Positions 1-12,569 of a DNA stretch of 64,000 bases are shown one piece after another; within the stretch, counting starts at the first letter, position 1, and each line of letters starts with the position of its first letter. Source of the DNA: Carcharhinus amblyrhynchos (taxonomy: Eukaryota). The DNA is taken from NCBI GenBank assembly GCA_965287045.1, contig OZ336871.1, positions 95,480,001 through 95,544,000 on the forward strand, read 5' to 3'. Both the position numbers and the translations under genes were made by a program. Below the pieces are notes generated by a model that did no database searches, had not been told where the DNA came from, and saw nothing but the letters and a program-made list of their open reading frames with translations.

Positions 1-362
1 TTGTAATGTAAGAAACACAACAGATCGTTTGTTTACCACAAGCTCCCACAAAAAGCAATGTGATAACGACTAGACAATCAGCTCTTTGTGATGTTGATTG
101 AGGGATAAACATTGGCCAAAATACCAGAGATACCCCCTTTACTGTTCTTCACAACAGTACCATGGGCTCTTTCACATCCAGCTGAGAGGGTAGTTGGGGG
201 CCTCTTGCTTACTATCTGATCCAAAAGACAGTACATCCAAATATTTCCTAAGTAATACACTGGAGAATTAGCCTTGATTTTTCATACTCAAGCTCTGGGG
301 TGGATTTGAATGTACAAGCTTTCTGATTCAGGAGTAAGCTTGCTACCAACTGAACCACATAA
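1..362 (-). mobile_element. tRNA-headed SINE (Deu/SacSINE-like), cut by the window edge
   Basis: Minus-strand head gtggttcagttggtagc with A/B-box-like motifs. Related fragments at ~7020-7350 and ~18110-18260. Confidence 0.6.
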
Positions 363-439
363 GGTACTGTGTGTCGCTTGTAGAAATCCGAATCAGAATG
401 TGTTTTCTACCAGCATGAAAATCAAACAGTTGTGGGTCA

Positions 440-677
440 AATAGACCCATTAAATTGTTCATGCATTTTGCTGTAATGTCCACCTTCCTTAGCTTATGAC
501 CATAGAATTGCATGATGGATATGGATTGTTGGAAAGAAACGGAGCAACATTCAGATTGTTAGGATATTAGCAGATGTAAAATGGAGTCCGGTTTAATGTT
601 TGTCTTTGTGACTATTTGATTATCATGGCAAATACAAATTGGAAAGGGAATAACTTACACTTCCAACTAATTGACAT
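440..677 (-). pseudogene. Two probable relic GREB1-like exons (~585-677 and ~440-525)
   Basis: Acceptor ttttaatatgtttcag at 678-680. WK..SY...LP*..KDKH vs WRPQTYLELEGLPC..MDPH; LRKVD...MGL vs LRLID...VGL. Confidence 0.42.
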
Positions 678-899
678 CTGAAACATATTAAAATCAAAGA
701 GAGAACAGGGAAATTTGATATTTGATATTTATCTCTGTAAATACTGATAGCAATCTCAGCATTAATCACAAGTGTAAACTATGCACAACAAATTAACCAT
801 GTACCATTACAGAACACTTCTGTAGAATTTAAATTATACAGCAGCATGATTAGTGAAATTAATTTTCAGGCAAGTCAGTGAAATGTGATACTACAAGAT

Positions 900-1110
900 G
901 ACAGTGTTAATGAGCTCGATCAGATATACAGCAATCTGAGTCTCATCAGAAACAAAATGAACATTACAATAAACATCTTTTCACCAGTAAATTGTTCTGT
1001 AGCTTTCTTCTGATGCCATCATTACAATTAATCTTGAAAGCGAGACTTTGATAAAAATTGCAGTTATTTTTTGGCTGCAGGTGGTGAAGGTGTAATGCAA
1101 AGGCAATAGA
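900..1110 (-). pseudogene. Possible continuation of a GREB1-like exon
   Basis: IFIKVSLSRLIVMMASE-(frameshift)-KLQ vs LIIRVPSVQLAMLAKERLQ. Confidence 0.4.
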
Positions 1111-1491
1111 CTTCTCACAATTAGACATTGCCATTCAAAAAGGCATCAAGTAAGGCAGCAGGTTTGGTCACCACAAAACATTCCTGCAAATATTTGTCTA
1201 AATGTTTCATGCGATGTCTTGCATCACTTGTACATCAGTGAAAAATAAATTATTACCACTGACGGCCTGAAGAGGTTTTTACATCAACATTTTCTGAGTC
1301 TGTTTCTTTGTACAATTGGAGTAAAACCCAGCCCTGGGTTGGTACACATGAATGGCTTTCCAGCCTACTTCAGAAGGCAGTGAGAGTCAAGTACATTGAT
1401 TCATTGACAGGAGTCACAAACAGGCCAGGCATCTCTCCAGGTCTGCCTAATAAAGAGCTGATGCAATGGCACTACATTTGTGCCAAGCAAT

Positions 1492-1672
1492 AAAGTTTAA
1501 ACTTTATTTATTAGTGTCATCAGTAGGCTTACATTAACACTGAAATGAAATTACTGTGAAAATCCCCTAGTCACCACATCCAGCACCTGTTCGGGTACAC
1601 TGAGGGAGAATTTAGCATAGCCAATGCACTTAACCAGTATGTCTTTCAGACTGTGGGAGGAAACTGGAGCAC
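1492..1672 (-). mobile_element. V-SINE/HE1-like SINE, 3' part
   Basis: Reverse complement of the ggtttcctcccacagtc core and aataaataaagttt tail; same family as 7425-7690 and 16030-16340. Confidence 0.75.
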
Positions 1673-1769
1673 CTAGTGATTTGGAAACAGGGATAATAAA
1701 TATGGGAATGAAAGATGATAATGGTGGGATAGATAGATTCTTAAATAACCATATCTTTCACCAATATTT

Positions 1770-1940
1770 TGGAGGCAATTTTAACCCAACTAACCTAGCA
1801 AGAAAGCAATAGGATCGGATGCAATGCTGGATTGACAGTCCCATTGATATTACTCTACATTGACAGGTAGGGATAAAATAGCATTGCAAACCACCCCTCT
1901 CAAATTCCTGCACGGAGCAGTTAGTTAAAATTTGCTCCCT
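1770..1940. mobile_element. MITE-like element
   Basis: Imperfect terminal inverted repeats ggaggcaattttaac / gttaaaatttgctccc. Confidence 0.45.
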
Positions 1941-1989
1941 TCATGTTGGGAGCCCTTCTTTCAAACCTATTTGCTTTAACTGTAAAATA

Positions 1990-2170
1990 TTGTTACATGT
2001 TCTGATCAGTTAAAATGATATTTATACCCAAGTTGACAATTTCTTCCATGTGTAAAATGAAGGAAAAATCCAAGCCCCTCCGTTATAAACACATTTACAA
2101 TTTAGCAAATATCCTGCATGACACATTTGCATTCAAAGAAGTAAATGTGTTTCCGTGGACCAAAATGATC
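1990..2170 (-). pseudogene. Relic GREB1-like exon
   Basis: Strong acceptor tctcttttggcttttctctcctcccacag. PRKHIYFFECKCVMQ vs PRLHSMVVRCYLLIQ (PRxHx5Cx4Q); TAA at 2102-2104. Confidence 0.6.
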
Positions 2171-2549
2171 CTGTGGGAGGAGAGAAAAGCCAAAAGAGAC
2201 AGGCAGTATTTTTGAAACAAGAACAATGTGATGTAATAATGCAATTTAATGGGATTTACACCATTGCACTGTGTGTTTGTTAGAAAATGATAAAGGTTTG
2301 CCAAACACTTTATCAGGACGATAGCTGCACCATTAACTTTGAATGAATTTAATATTAGCAACATTTATTCTGTGACTAGGATGTGTAGTTTGATAAAGAG
2401 TCTCAATTCTGATTGTTTTGGGAACAAAGTCTGAAGGAAGAATTGCCTTTTAATTCAAAGTAGCTATTAGTTTTTTGTCACAGTTAGGAATCCTTATCAT
2501 AGAATTGTAGAATCCTGAAGCACAGATGGGACAAAGTCTCCTTCGACAG

Positions 2550-2800
2550 CAACTTTAAAGCTGCAACTTCCACCACTTAGAAGACCAAGGGCAGCAGGCA
2601 CATGGAAATGCCGCCACCTGCAAGTTTCCCACCATCTTGAGTTGAAGAAATTATATTGTCATTCCTTCACAGTCACTGGAACTTCCTTCCTGGCAATACT
2701 TGAGTGTCCCTGGATTGCCTGGACTACAATGGTTCAAGAAGAAAGTTCACCACCACCTTGTCCAGGGCAATTAGGGATGGGCAATGAAAACAGGTCTTGC
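2550..2800 (+). mobile_element. LINE (CR1/L2-group) 3' end
   Basis: Same caccaccttctcaagggcaattagggatgggc-type terminus as the copies ending at ~24530, ~27515 and ~52845. Confidence 0.6.
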
Positions 2801-2839
2801 GTAGCTTAAAAAACTAGCCAACGATATCTCTGGTATCAT

Positions 2840-5812
2840 TCTGTTAAACCCCTGATGAGCATTATGACCAGGTGAGGAGGTGAATGATCTCCATTTATGC
2901 CCTCTCCTCGTTTGACTGCAACAGGTTTATGTGCAGATGAGCTGTGAGGAAGTGAACAGGGTAATAGAAGAGACGTTATAGGAGAGCTGATAGTTGAGCA
3001 GAGTAGGACAGAATCAAAGGTGGGATTCATTTGATGGATAATGAGAATGACAATGGTGCAAAAGAAAAAGAGACATTTAAAGGGATTTTAAGAGAGGGAA
3101 AAAATTATAAAAGCACAGCTTGGTGATAGCTATGGATGTAGGAACAACCTTGTTTTAAAAGAAGAAATAAAATAGGCATTAATGGACATTTGAAAACCTA
3201 CAACATTTTTTTTTTAATTTGGATTATTCTGACGTAGGAAAAAGTGCTGTAAGCAAGCTACCTTAAAAATGATCCAATTTAAGGCAAAGAACGAGCGATC
3301 AAAATAGGTTACGACCTGGAATCAAATAGAAAGGTTTGATTTCTGTTCTAAAAATGTTATAAAGCAAACTGAATAGAATTAAGTAATTGAGAAGATATTC
3401 TAATGAAAGTGTAAATGGGCCATTAGCGTAGCCCAGGTCATGGGGCACTGGAACCAAGAGGACGGAAGGAGGGAGGGATGAGATAGAAATGGTACGATTA
3501 AGGTAATACTAATTGAGAGCTGGAAGATGTTTTGGTTATACCTACAGCATATTGCAACCACCAGGGGGACCCCACATCTGCTGCTTTGCCGAATAAGACC
3601 CTGGCAGACGGATCATCTGGACAACATTGAATAACTGGCATATAACTGAATATAACGTGATTGCTACGTGGAATTGTAATTAATAATTTTACTTACCAGA
3701 TGTTGGCCAACAATTGAGGGATATAGAAAAGAGCTGTAGAGACTATCAATAGTTGGTTGCCAAAATGATTGCATGTTTTTCTAATGTTGTTAAGTTTGCT
3801 ATTTTTGACTTGGTAAGGCCATCACCTAAAGTCCTATGTTGTTCCCCCCGGGAACTATATGTCAACGCTTACCTGTACATATCATATGTATATGCTAGAA
3901 CTCCAATCTATGCAGGTGTTGGATTTGTTGGATTTGGCTTGCAGGTGCAGCAGGTGGTCAGGAAGGCGAATGGGATGCTGGCCTTCATAGCGAGGGGGAT
4001 TGAATATAAAAGTAGGGAGGTCTTGCTGCAGCTGTATAGGGCATTGGTGAGGCCGCAGCTGGAGTACTGTGTGCAGTTTTGGGCGCCGCACCTGCGCAAG
4101 GATATTTTGGCCCTGGAGGGAGTGCAGAGGAGGTTTACTAGGCTGATACCGGAGTTGAGGGGATTGAGCTATGAGGAGAGGCTGAATAAACTAGGCTTGT
4201 ACTCGTTAGAGTTTAGAAGAATGAGGGGAGATCTCATTGAGACGTATAAGATGATGAATGGGATGGATAGGATAGAGGTGGAGAGACTCTTCCCGCTCAA
4301 AAAAGACAGTAGGACTAGGGGGCACAGCCTCAAGATAAAGGGGAGGCGGTTTAGAACGGAGTTGAGGAGGAACTTCTTCACTCAAAGGGTGGTGAATCTC
4401 TGGAATTCTCTGCCCGTTGAAGTGGTGGAGGCTGCCTCGCTAAATATTTTTAAGAAGCGGGTTGATGGGTTCTTGATAAGACAGGGGATTAAGGGTTATG
4501 GGGAGAGGGTGGGAATGTGGAACTGAGCCACAACAGATCAGCCATGATCTTATTGAATGGCGGGGCAGGCTCGAAGGGCTAGATGGCCTACTCCTGCTCC
4601 TATTTCTTATGTTCTTATTGTTGCACGTCCCCACACGTGCTGAGTGGGGGTACCCTTGTGACCAGTATCCCTATCATGGTCTGAATTGATCTTGAGGGAC
4701 AAACTTGCCCAGTCCTCTAGACGCCCTGGTCAAGCAGCATCAGGTTATCCCAGTGCTTATAACAGGATTGAATTTTACCACAATACATCCTGTACTGGCA
4801 AACCAGTTAACAAGCAGAGGTATACGCCCATTTTTAACACATCAAGCTTAGCTCCCAGCTTCACCCTGGAGCAAACGTTACCAAAACCAGAGGGGATATC
4901 ATGTGCTAAGAGTGAGGAAGGCCCTGGGAGTGACTTAGGCATAAGTGAATGCCACAACTTTGTGAATCTGACAATGTATGGGTCTTCCCAATGACAATTG
5001 GTCTTGTTATGTCTTATTGCTTCAATGGGAATAACATTTATCTGACTTTCAATGACAGGTATTGGATTTGCGGCAGAAAGGCATACCCTTAGCTCCCTGC
5101 CATGTGAAAGGGATCATGTTACCTTGGATATGTAATACCATACATTTATCATTTTCCCTGTCTTCCCTCTTTTGTGAGATGCCGATGTGCCATCATGGGA
5201 GCAGAATGCTTCTTTGCTATCATGTACCCCTGGTCTGGGATCAAGAGGTTGGCACAAGAAAGCATAACATAATCTCAGTATTGGAAAAAGTTGCCAATGA
5301 TGCATCCTCTTCCCTTGCTAAAATCAATGATGAAATGATTGCTATATGCACCATGATACGTCAGCATCGTATAGCACTAGATTTTGTTTTGGTAATCAGA
5401 GGTGGAACATGTGCCACATTGGACCAGAGTGTTGTACACATATACCCAATAATTCAGAGTCTACAATCTAGCCGACCATATTAAAAAAAAATTGAAAAAC
5501 GCATACAGCCTCCATCCTTCACTCTGGGGTTGGGCTTCGGGTTGGCTGGGTTCCCTGGGAATATCAATTGTACAAGGGATTGTGTTCTTTTTCATTGTTA
5601 TCTTAGCATTCCTTGTAATTCTGCAAATGCTTGAATGCTGCTGTGCACAAGCAATCAAGTCCACACAGGCCACAGCAATGATAATGGCAGTCCATGTAGT
5701 AAAAGGAGTACTCCTGATGCCAAATAACCCACCAGGATCTGAGAATACATCATTGAAAACATCCAATTAGTGACCTAATCTTTGGCTAGCCAAGAGCCAA
5801 AAGGGGGGGATA
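2840..5812 (+). mobile_element. Decayed endogenous retrovirus: env relic plus PPT, possible pol/LTR remnants upstream
   Basis: CWIC motif at 3917-3928. TM heptad and ISD-like RQHRIALDFVL; CX6CC (CAT-fs-IGPECC) near 5410-5435; hydrophobic anchor 5560-5640; polypurine tract aaaagggggggga at ~5799-5810. The 5' boundary is uncertain. Confidence 0.75.
3937..4617 (+). mobile_element. Young 5'-truncated CR1 LINE inserted in the ERV env
   Basis: ORF2 C-terminus (LVRPQLEYCVQFW, FFTQRVVNLWNSLP), 3' UTR and ttcttatg tail; ttgttg duplicated at 3925-3930 and 4618-4623. Confidence 0.95.
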
Positions 5813-6518
5813 TGCGTTCTCCAGAAAGTGACCCTGAGTCTAACCCTGAGCCATTCCCCCTCCCTCAGTGTGTGTTTTTGTGCTGGTGGAGGGTGCAGGT
5901 GAGTTGCGTGATTGTTCTTATTGAGTTGCCTCATCCCCAGACCTGCATTTAGAGCTCAGAGAACTAGCTGGATGGTGGTAGTCTGTTGGTATCTGAAAAA
6001 TACAAAAGGACAGTTTTAACAGATGAACTGAAGCTAATTCAGAGTTTACAGTACTCAGTGTGAATTGCAGAATTGGTTGCAGTGATAAAACTGAAATCTG
6101 TACTAGGTTGTTGTGAGAGGCCAAGCTCTTAGTTGGCTCCAGTTTTTTTCATCTGAATTGAATCCGTAATTTTTCATGTGACTGGTTTTTCATGTGAACC
6201 TTAATGAACAATTTCTCTCTACACAGTCAAAGTTGCTGGTCTTTGTGCTGAAGAACAAAATGGACCAATTTTTACCCCCAAAAGTGACTGGACTTGGATC
6301 AGACGGGGAGTTAGAATGTAAAAAATCTTAGTACTGAATGCGATGCCTGAAATCGTTAGCAAGCTCTTCAGCAGCCTCATCGAACTTGCTGAGGGCAATT
6401 ATCAAGGCTGTCCCTCTCTCTGGGCTTGCTCATGCTTATTGTGCACAAATTTGGCCTGCATGGAGACAAAGCAAAACAGGTGACCAGAGGAATTAGATCT
6501 GTTTAGGCATCTCAGTAC

Positions 6519-6615
6519 CATTCTTCAATTAGTGGACTTGTTTTTTTCCTGAGCTTGTCACAGTAATACTTCCACAGCCTGGTCACTGAATTTTGGAGCT
6601 TATTTTTTGGATGCT
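6519..6615 (-). pseudogene. Relic GREB1-like exon (open frame)
   Basis: Acceptor ttgttttagcttttgcag. RLWKYYCDKLRKKTSPLI vs GLSEYSKSLQWGITSPLL and GLSEFIESTLSGHSLPLL. Confidence 0.6.
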
Positions 6616-7424
6616 CTGCAAAAGCTAAAACAAGTGGGAAGCAAAAGGCCAGTTTGTTCATAGTGTGATTGCAACTATTCATCAGTGCACACAATAAAAT
6701 AGCAGCTAGAATCTGAGAAAAGTTCAGCATCAATTTTGGGATAGATAGATCTCTCGATAAGGGCTCGATTCACTAATTGTTCTTCAAGGCCAGTGTAAAA
6801 CAAGCTGCCAATTGTAAAGAATGCCCATCATTAGTCCCAGCATCTGGGCAGCCTGCCAATGAGATGCAGAAATGTCTTGGCCATCAAAACTGGACAACAT
6901 TCCGGCCTTGTGATTAGGCTGCCAAAATGAGTGCATTGTCCACCTGCTGTCTCTACACACTCCCTAAGGGAAAACCATTGCCTCACGTCCTCAGGACATC
7001 CAAAAGTGCTTAATACATTTCCTGAAGTGCAATCGTTGTCGTTGCATAGCAAAGCCAAAGGCCCATTTGAACATGGCAAAGTGCTGCAAACGAGTGAAAT
7101 GAATTAATGACCAGACAATCTCAATCTGTTTTTGACAGCGGTGGTTGGGAAGGGAATGTTTGGCAACATCCAGGATCTTTTAGGTTCACTTGTGCAGGCA
7201 AACAAGACCTCAATCTAACATTCCATCTGAAAATAGCAATCTGAAAGCACAACACTTTCCCAGTACCATGCACAAATATCAGTCAAAATAATTCTGATTA
7301 ACGCAATAGTAGAGCATAACTTTCTGACTCAGAGGCAACTGCGTTTTTAAAACTGACATCTAAATTGGATTTATCACAGCTTGGTGGCCCAGTAAATTAA
7401 ATGTGAGTCCCTGCTGCTGTGAGG

Positions 7425-7690
7425 CTGCAGTGGTTAGTATTCGCATTCAATTCCTGACTTGGGTCACTGTCTGTGCAGAGTCTACATGTTCTTCCTGTGT
7501 CTGCGTGGGTTTCCTTTGGGTGCTCCTGTTTCCTCCCACAGTCCAAAAAATGTGCAGGTTAGGTGCATTGGCTATGCTAAATTCTCCCTCAGTATACCCA
7601 TACAGTTGCCAGAGTGTGGTGACTCAGAGATTTTCACAGTAACTTCATGAAAGCCTACTTGTTACACTAATAAATAAAGTTTAAACTTTA
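7425..7690 (+). mobile_element. V-SINE/HE1-like SINE
   Basis: gggtcactgtctgtgcagagt...tttcctcccacagtccaaa core; actaataaataaagttt tail. Confidence 0.75.
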
Positions 7691-9708
7691 AAATTTGTTA
7701 AAAGCTGAAGATATTTCTGGTTTTGATCAACTTGAGTTATTTTTCAGCTGAATTGAATCCATGATTGCGGATGTTTGTATTGGTTTCTCATGTGAAACCT
7801 CACAAACAATTTCACTCTACACAGTTAAAGTTACTAGTCTTTGTGCTGAAGAACACAATGGAACCAATTTTAACCCTCAGAAGTGAGTGGGCTTGGATTA
7901 GATGGGGAGTTAGAATGTAAAAAATCTGAATCCTGAATGCAGCCTACCTGAAATTCGCCTATGAAAATAATTGGACCCAAACACCTCACAAGTTTAAATC
8001 CCCCTCAAATACCAACTCCCACATTGACCGTTAATCTTCCCACAATTAGCAAACCCCATCACCCATGAAAACCAACATGCCCAGTTATCAAAAGATCACC
8101 AATTATCATCCCACACTCTAAAAAGAAGGAAAAAACAGTTTGTGTTTTTCATTTTACTATTTTTTTTCTTTCTGGGACCCCATTCTCTCTTGGAGAATTT
8201 CACATCCAACACTCAGCCTGGCTTTTGGACAGGAAACTTGTTAAAAAAAAAGGACACACACTGTGGAGTGAAAACAAAAGACAATCCACAAATCCCTGCT
8301 TTCCAAACCAAAACATTTTCTATCCACCTATAAATCTGACCCAAGTAAATGACCAGGTTTAGTGTTCAAAGGCACTGGGTAATCTAAATAGATGCACTGT
8401 ACAATCCTTTTCTTATATAATTTTCTTTCTTCCACTAGCCACCTCATCTGAATGATTGTGATATTAGATAGTACAATTCCTTTTCTCATTACTGAGCAAT
8501 GTAAGCATTATCTGCTGTCCAAATCAGATCTTGGCATCACATCAGTCGGTTGGGCTGTGTGACTTCAGGATTGTGCCAAATTAATGTCCTTTGACACATG
8601 GAGATAGTATACCTGCATGTGCCCATATCTGCTAGCAATACCATGCCAGTGATGTAGAAAGCAACCAATCTTGCCTCTGGGAAATGGAGGTTGGTAACAA
8701 TAATGTGGCTGAAAGCTGTGTCATGTTACTGAGCTTTTCGCCTGACGCATCGTCATTGGTTAGAACACTTCTATTCACACTTGGGGTTTTCAATTACCTC
8801 AGATAACCAGAATGATGAGGAGAAAACCTCCTTGCTGACAGATGGAAGTATCATTAGAAATGACTCTGGCAAGTACCAACTCAATTCCCAATGTATGCAA
8901 ATCTACAACATAAAATTGCTCATTATTTTGAAACTAATTGTTTCTACGTTGGCAGCCACAAATGGAAATATAATTCTAGTGCTTGTCTGAGTTTGGAGTA
9001 ACCCTTCAATTTGGAATGCAGAAGAAGTTGTTTCAGCACATGACTGAGATGTGGTCTGCCTGACTTGAGAATTTTTAAGGCTGCATGTTGTTGACAATGG
9101 ATGCAAGAATTAAAAATGTTCCATTCACTTCCTCACTTTAATAAATAAAATAATTCACTGATGTAAGTATGAAAATAGCCTGCAGCAACTTGCATTTTAT
9201 TACCATAAGCAGCACAGTGATTTTTGTGTTCAATCTAGGCTGATGATCATTTACATACAATGGTGAACATTCTTGATGTTCACCAGTGGGAGGACAGTTG
9301 AGTGTCCTATTGACATGGGACTAAAAGCTCAGAACATTACCATCAGGCTTCCAACCATAGAATGCACATTTGAACTCACTCAATAAGTGGCTTATAATTA
9401 GTCATGATTTTTTTCAATTAGGAAAATCATTCTGCACGTTAATTGTGACAGCTGCTCCAGTACCACTTTTATTGCAACCATCTTCTGCGACTGACTTCAA
9501 CAGCACTCTGAATAGTTTGCCAGCCTTTTCCATTTATTTTACCCACGCTAATTTTACCCATTGAATTTAAGGATTCATTGGGCAGTTTAAACTTACTTCT
9601 CCATGTCAGCCTTTTTTTAAAAATACGTGTTTTATTTTGGTGATTTTTTGATGCCACACAGATATCAGTGCTGGGGAACAGATAAATATCTAATTTTAAG
9701 CATCCATG

Positions 9709-9940
9709 GTGTAATAATCCCAGTTCACCAGCTAGGTAAATAACAACTGTAACGTTTATTTTCATACAACTAAAATGCAGAGCTTACAGCCTCATGGTTG
9801 CCAGTCAGCTCCAGAGAAGGTTCTGGAACAGAAAACCAAGCTCAGCAGGGGGAACCCTTGCCCTGCTCCTCCATTGGTTCCTTGGGTCATGTGACTCTTT
9901 GCTCTGTGGTTGGATTCTTAAAGGCACATACACACACTGC
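9709..9940 (-). mobile_element. Probable solo LTR
   Basis: TG...CA-like ends and a reversed AATAAA (tttatt at ~9756). Confidence 0.4.
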
Positions 9941-11269
9941 ATCATGAAGCACTCTGAAAACAACTGCTGATAGTCAGTCAAACAGCAAGCTCTCTCTATT
10001 AGCTCTGGTGATATGCCTTTCCACCAAAGCTCACAGAAACAAGAAGTCTAGCTGACATGTCTAGTGCAAGAATGTCCAGCTGACGTTCTTACTTCACATC
10101 CATTGCATTATTGTGTCCTTTGAGTAAATAGTGCTAAAGCAGGGGCAGTTTAGTACTATGGATGCACACATCAGACTCTGTCTGATAAGAGTACCAATGT
10201 TGTTTCCTGAAAAATAGTATGTTGTTAAGTTCAGAAATATAAAGACCTCTGTGTTTGTGAAGGCTGGTTGGGAAATCTGACAATGTGGGTAATGTGGAGA
10301 TCATAATTAATTTAATGGCAGGATTTCATTTAATTTTTTTGCTGTTTCCCAGCAAGTGGTCACAATGAAGGAAAGCCCCATAGGCGGAAAACGTATAGTG
10401 TAGGAGCAGACATGAATTCGGCAAAGATTGTGGTTGTAAGGTTGGTAGGGATTGTGACTGGAATAGCAGGGGAAGGTGTGTGCGCGTGCATGTGTGTGGC
10501 TGCAAGAAGTGGAGGAGTGAGGCTGATTTCAGGGAAGGAAGCTAGTTCATTTGAGGGAGCAGGAAGAAACACTTCTACTTAGTGCAAGAAAGATACTTAA
10601 TTGCTAGATCCGGCTCGACTCGCTTCTGTTCACCTATCGGGATTCCCAAGTGGTGGGAATCTTATGCTGGAAAGGTTAAATTAAACTAAGTGAAATTCAA
10701 TGTAAAAAGACCTCATTAATGCCTCATAACTATAACTATCTGCCTGGCTGCCTGCCTGCACTAATTAAGGTCCCAAATGCAATGAGCAATTTATTCACAG
10801 GCATCCAAATACACCTCTGTTAAACTCAGAAGTGAGCACATAAGAGCTAGATAGTTAAAATGCTCACTCAAACGTGTTCTTGTTTCAAAATTTTCCCAAA
10901 GTGTGTCTCAAATTGTCAGTGTCAGATGCAGTATTTACCATTTTTCTAGCATCTTCTATTCAAGGACGTGTGGGGGAAAGCCACTAAAACCTTGTCAAAG
11001 AAGTATAATTTTCTCTGCTGTTGGTGCATTAAGATAAGGTAGTTATTGTCAGGTATCTTGCATTCATTTTCATGAGGGACATTATGGAAAATGCTTCTTA
11101 AACCGCTTTAATACTTACCATCCTTTAGCAAAATAATAATGAATCCCCTCATACAAACAATGGAGTTCAGATACTTGTCAGTATAAATGTATTGAACAGA
11201 TGATAACTCTCACCTCTTTCAGAATACAAATGATCATTGAGTTCTCTTTTGGCTTTCTATTTTAGAGCA

Positions 11270-11590
11270 AAGGCAGGTCTTGTGATGCAGTGGGTTGCAT
11301 CTCTACCACTGAACCAGAAGTTCCAGGTTCAATTGCCACCCCAGGACTTGATGCCAAGGAACATACATTCATAAAGTTGAGCATCAACTTGCAAATTCTT
11401 CCAAACACACCAGTGACAGGTGGTGATAGCAGGAGAGGCTCCTGATCAGCCAAGCTTAATGTGGAGTGGTGTCCCTGAAGCCATAAGCCCCTTGTGACAG
11501 ACTGCAAAAAATACTGGGAATTAGTAACTGTGGAAACAGATGCAAGTCTGCCTTATTGCACCACCAGGTGCAGGAAGGGGATTGGCATTT
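11270..11590 (+). mobile_element. tRNA-derived SINE
   Basis: Head gtgatgcagtgggttgcatc...ccaggttcaatt with A/B-box-like motifs. Confidence 0.5.
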
Positions 11591-11769
11591 CATAACAAAA
11601 GTCTATCCTTTTAACAAACTGCCTCTGAATATGAGCATTTCAAGGTAGGTCATCTGTAAGGGACAAGAGGGAGTTTGTTTTCTAATGGCATTTCACACAG
11701 AGGATTAACATCAAATGCATTCCTCATGTGAAGCTGCTTTGATAAGTTTTGGGAGGAGTGGCTAATGAA

Positions 11770-11960
11770 TCAAGTGGAGAAGGGAAAGGAAATGGGATGA
11801 AAAAGGCCCACAAACACAGAGGGAGAAAGGAAGAATGGAAGGGAAAGGAAAACAAGAAGGGAAAATGTGTAAGGAAGGAGAAGAGAAGAAGCAAAAAGGA
11901 GGATGAAAAGCTGTGATATGAAGACAGGAAAGGAGCAGGAGGAGAAAAGTTAGGAATTTA
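11770..11960. repeat. Purine-rich (GA) low-complexity tract
   Basis: Almost only A/G on the + strand. Confidence 0.7.
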
Positions 11961-12342
11961 CTTCAATGGCAGGGACAGGGATTTGGATAGAAGAAATGCT
12001 TAGGATGGGTTCTCAAAAAACCCATTTACCAGGGCAGGATAGAATCTGCCCGGTGGAGAGTTAGGAACAGAAGGAAATGATGAGGACCCTCATGATGCAA
12101 TCACAACTCCCAACTCCAACCCAGGGAAAACTGCAACTTCCAATGCTGCTTTATATATTGAGAGTTGCGATCCTGAATGCATACTAAGAGTTTTTCCTCT
12201 ATTGCTTCCAACTCCAACCTGCTGAAAATTGCACCTTTCAATGCTCCTTTAAATATTGAAGTAATAGAGGAAAAATTCTCAATATGCATTCAGGATGATC
12301 AAAGTCTGCACCTCACTTGATGTGCTGCTTGGGCTGTATGAA

Positions 12343-12569
12343 TGATGTGGAGATGCCAGCGTTGGACTGGGGTAAACACAGTAAGAAGTCTGACAACTCC
12401 AGGTTTAAGTCCAACCAATTTATTTGATAGTAAAGTCACAAGCATTCGAGGTTTACTTCTTCATCAGGTGAATGAAGAACCTGACGAAGAGGTAAACCTC
12501 GAAAGCTTGTGAATTTACTATCAAATAAATCGGTTGGACTTAAACCTGGTGTTGTCAGACTTCTTACTG
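12343..12569. mobile_element. Penelope-derived terminus with inverted copy (hairpin)
   Basis: Arms 12379-12469 and 12479-12569; same tgatgtggagatgcc..ttggactgggg end as the 43027 copy; 13-bp TSD with one mismatch. Confidence 0.8.

Larger units (their letters stand above)
6143..7940 (+). repeat. Diverged ~200-bp direct repeat pair (6143-6341 and 7740-7940)
   Basis: Shared blocks ctgaattgaatcc, tctttgtgctgaagaaca and ggggagttagaatgtaaaaaatct in the same order. Confidence 0.85.

Noticed and set aside
1081-1149. Plus-strand AG...GTAAG exon candidate
   Set aside because: Stops in all three frames.
3753-4526. 257-aa ORF as a novel chimeric gene
   Set aside because: Chance in-frame fusion of ERV relic sequence with the CR1 ORF2 C-terminus.
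5943-5992. Minus-strand exon candidate with a good acceptor (IPTDYHHP...)
   Set aside because: Weak donor, lies just after the ERV PPT (probably LTR), and no GREB1 match.
8803-8868. Plus-strand exon-like segment (NQNDEEKTSLL, dileucine-like motif, GC donor)
   Set aside because: No partner exons or recognisable family on the + strand.
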